From Rhynchobatus australiae (lineage: Eukaryota): 64,000 nucleotides of DNA. The stretch spans positions 74,045,139 to 74,109,138 of the forward strand of contig JAUZTB010000127.1 of the NCBI GenBank assembly GCA_034780895.1, in the 5' to 3' direction. The notes beneath the pieces are model-generated. The model made no database searches. It was given only the letters and a program-made list of their open reading frames with translations, and was not told where the DNA came from. The number at the start of each line of letters is the position of its first letter. The first letter of the stretch is position 1. The position numbers were made by a program, and so were the translations under genes. Below are positions 63,800 to 64,000 of this stretch, in pieces.

Positions 63800-64000
63800 A
63801 AAGATCACCCTTTTATTCCAAGGCTCAGCCAGGATGGGACATAAAGGCAAAATTGCTGGGCAAGAGAATTTCTCCCACCTTCAAGCCATCGTCAAATATT
63901 TGTCCAAACAAAGAGTTAAAAACTAAAGAATGAGTATGATATTTCCAGCAAAGCAAATAGTCAGTGCGAGAGCAGTGAGTGAAGGAGAGAGGGTGAGAAA

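Noticed and set aside
63558-63926. 122-aa ORF
   Set aside because: GTG start, no recognisable homology, no splice support

Overview
Vertebrate nuclear DNA, almost certainly a cartilaginous fish (shark or ray), judged from its retroposon content: HE1-like V-SINEs with CR1 tails, Deu-domain SINEs, CR1, Rex1/Babar, RTE, L2 and Penelope relics. It comes from a gappy draft assembly with many 10-N and 100-N gaps, some flanked by duplicated sequence. I could not recognise any host protein-coding gene, tRNA, rRNA or CRISPR array. Every ORF-track entry with recognisable protein similarity is a decayed retrotransposon fragment. By eye, the + strand is A-rich, all GA-rich tracts lie on +, and the better splice signals lie on the minus strand, which suggests a long intron of a minus-strand gene; a few candidate exons and one candidate recursive splice site are given at low confidence. 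The most interesting observations are: (1) a CR1-group LINE whose 5' end is the same tRNA-like head found on a short SINE here that also shares the LINE 3' tail; (2) a ~185-bp direct duplication bracketing a CR1 insertion; (3) two unexplained long inverted-repeat elements; (4) one young SINE head carrying two different LINE tails; (5) decayed hammerhead-ribozyme motifs in Penelope ends. I found no convincing new multi-gene system. Repeat boundaries are by eye (roughly +/-20-50 bp) and family names rest on remembered motifs, not on a database search.
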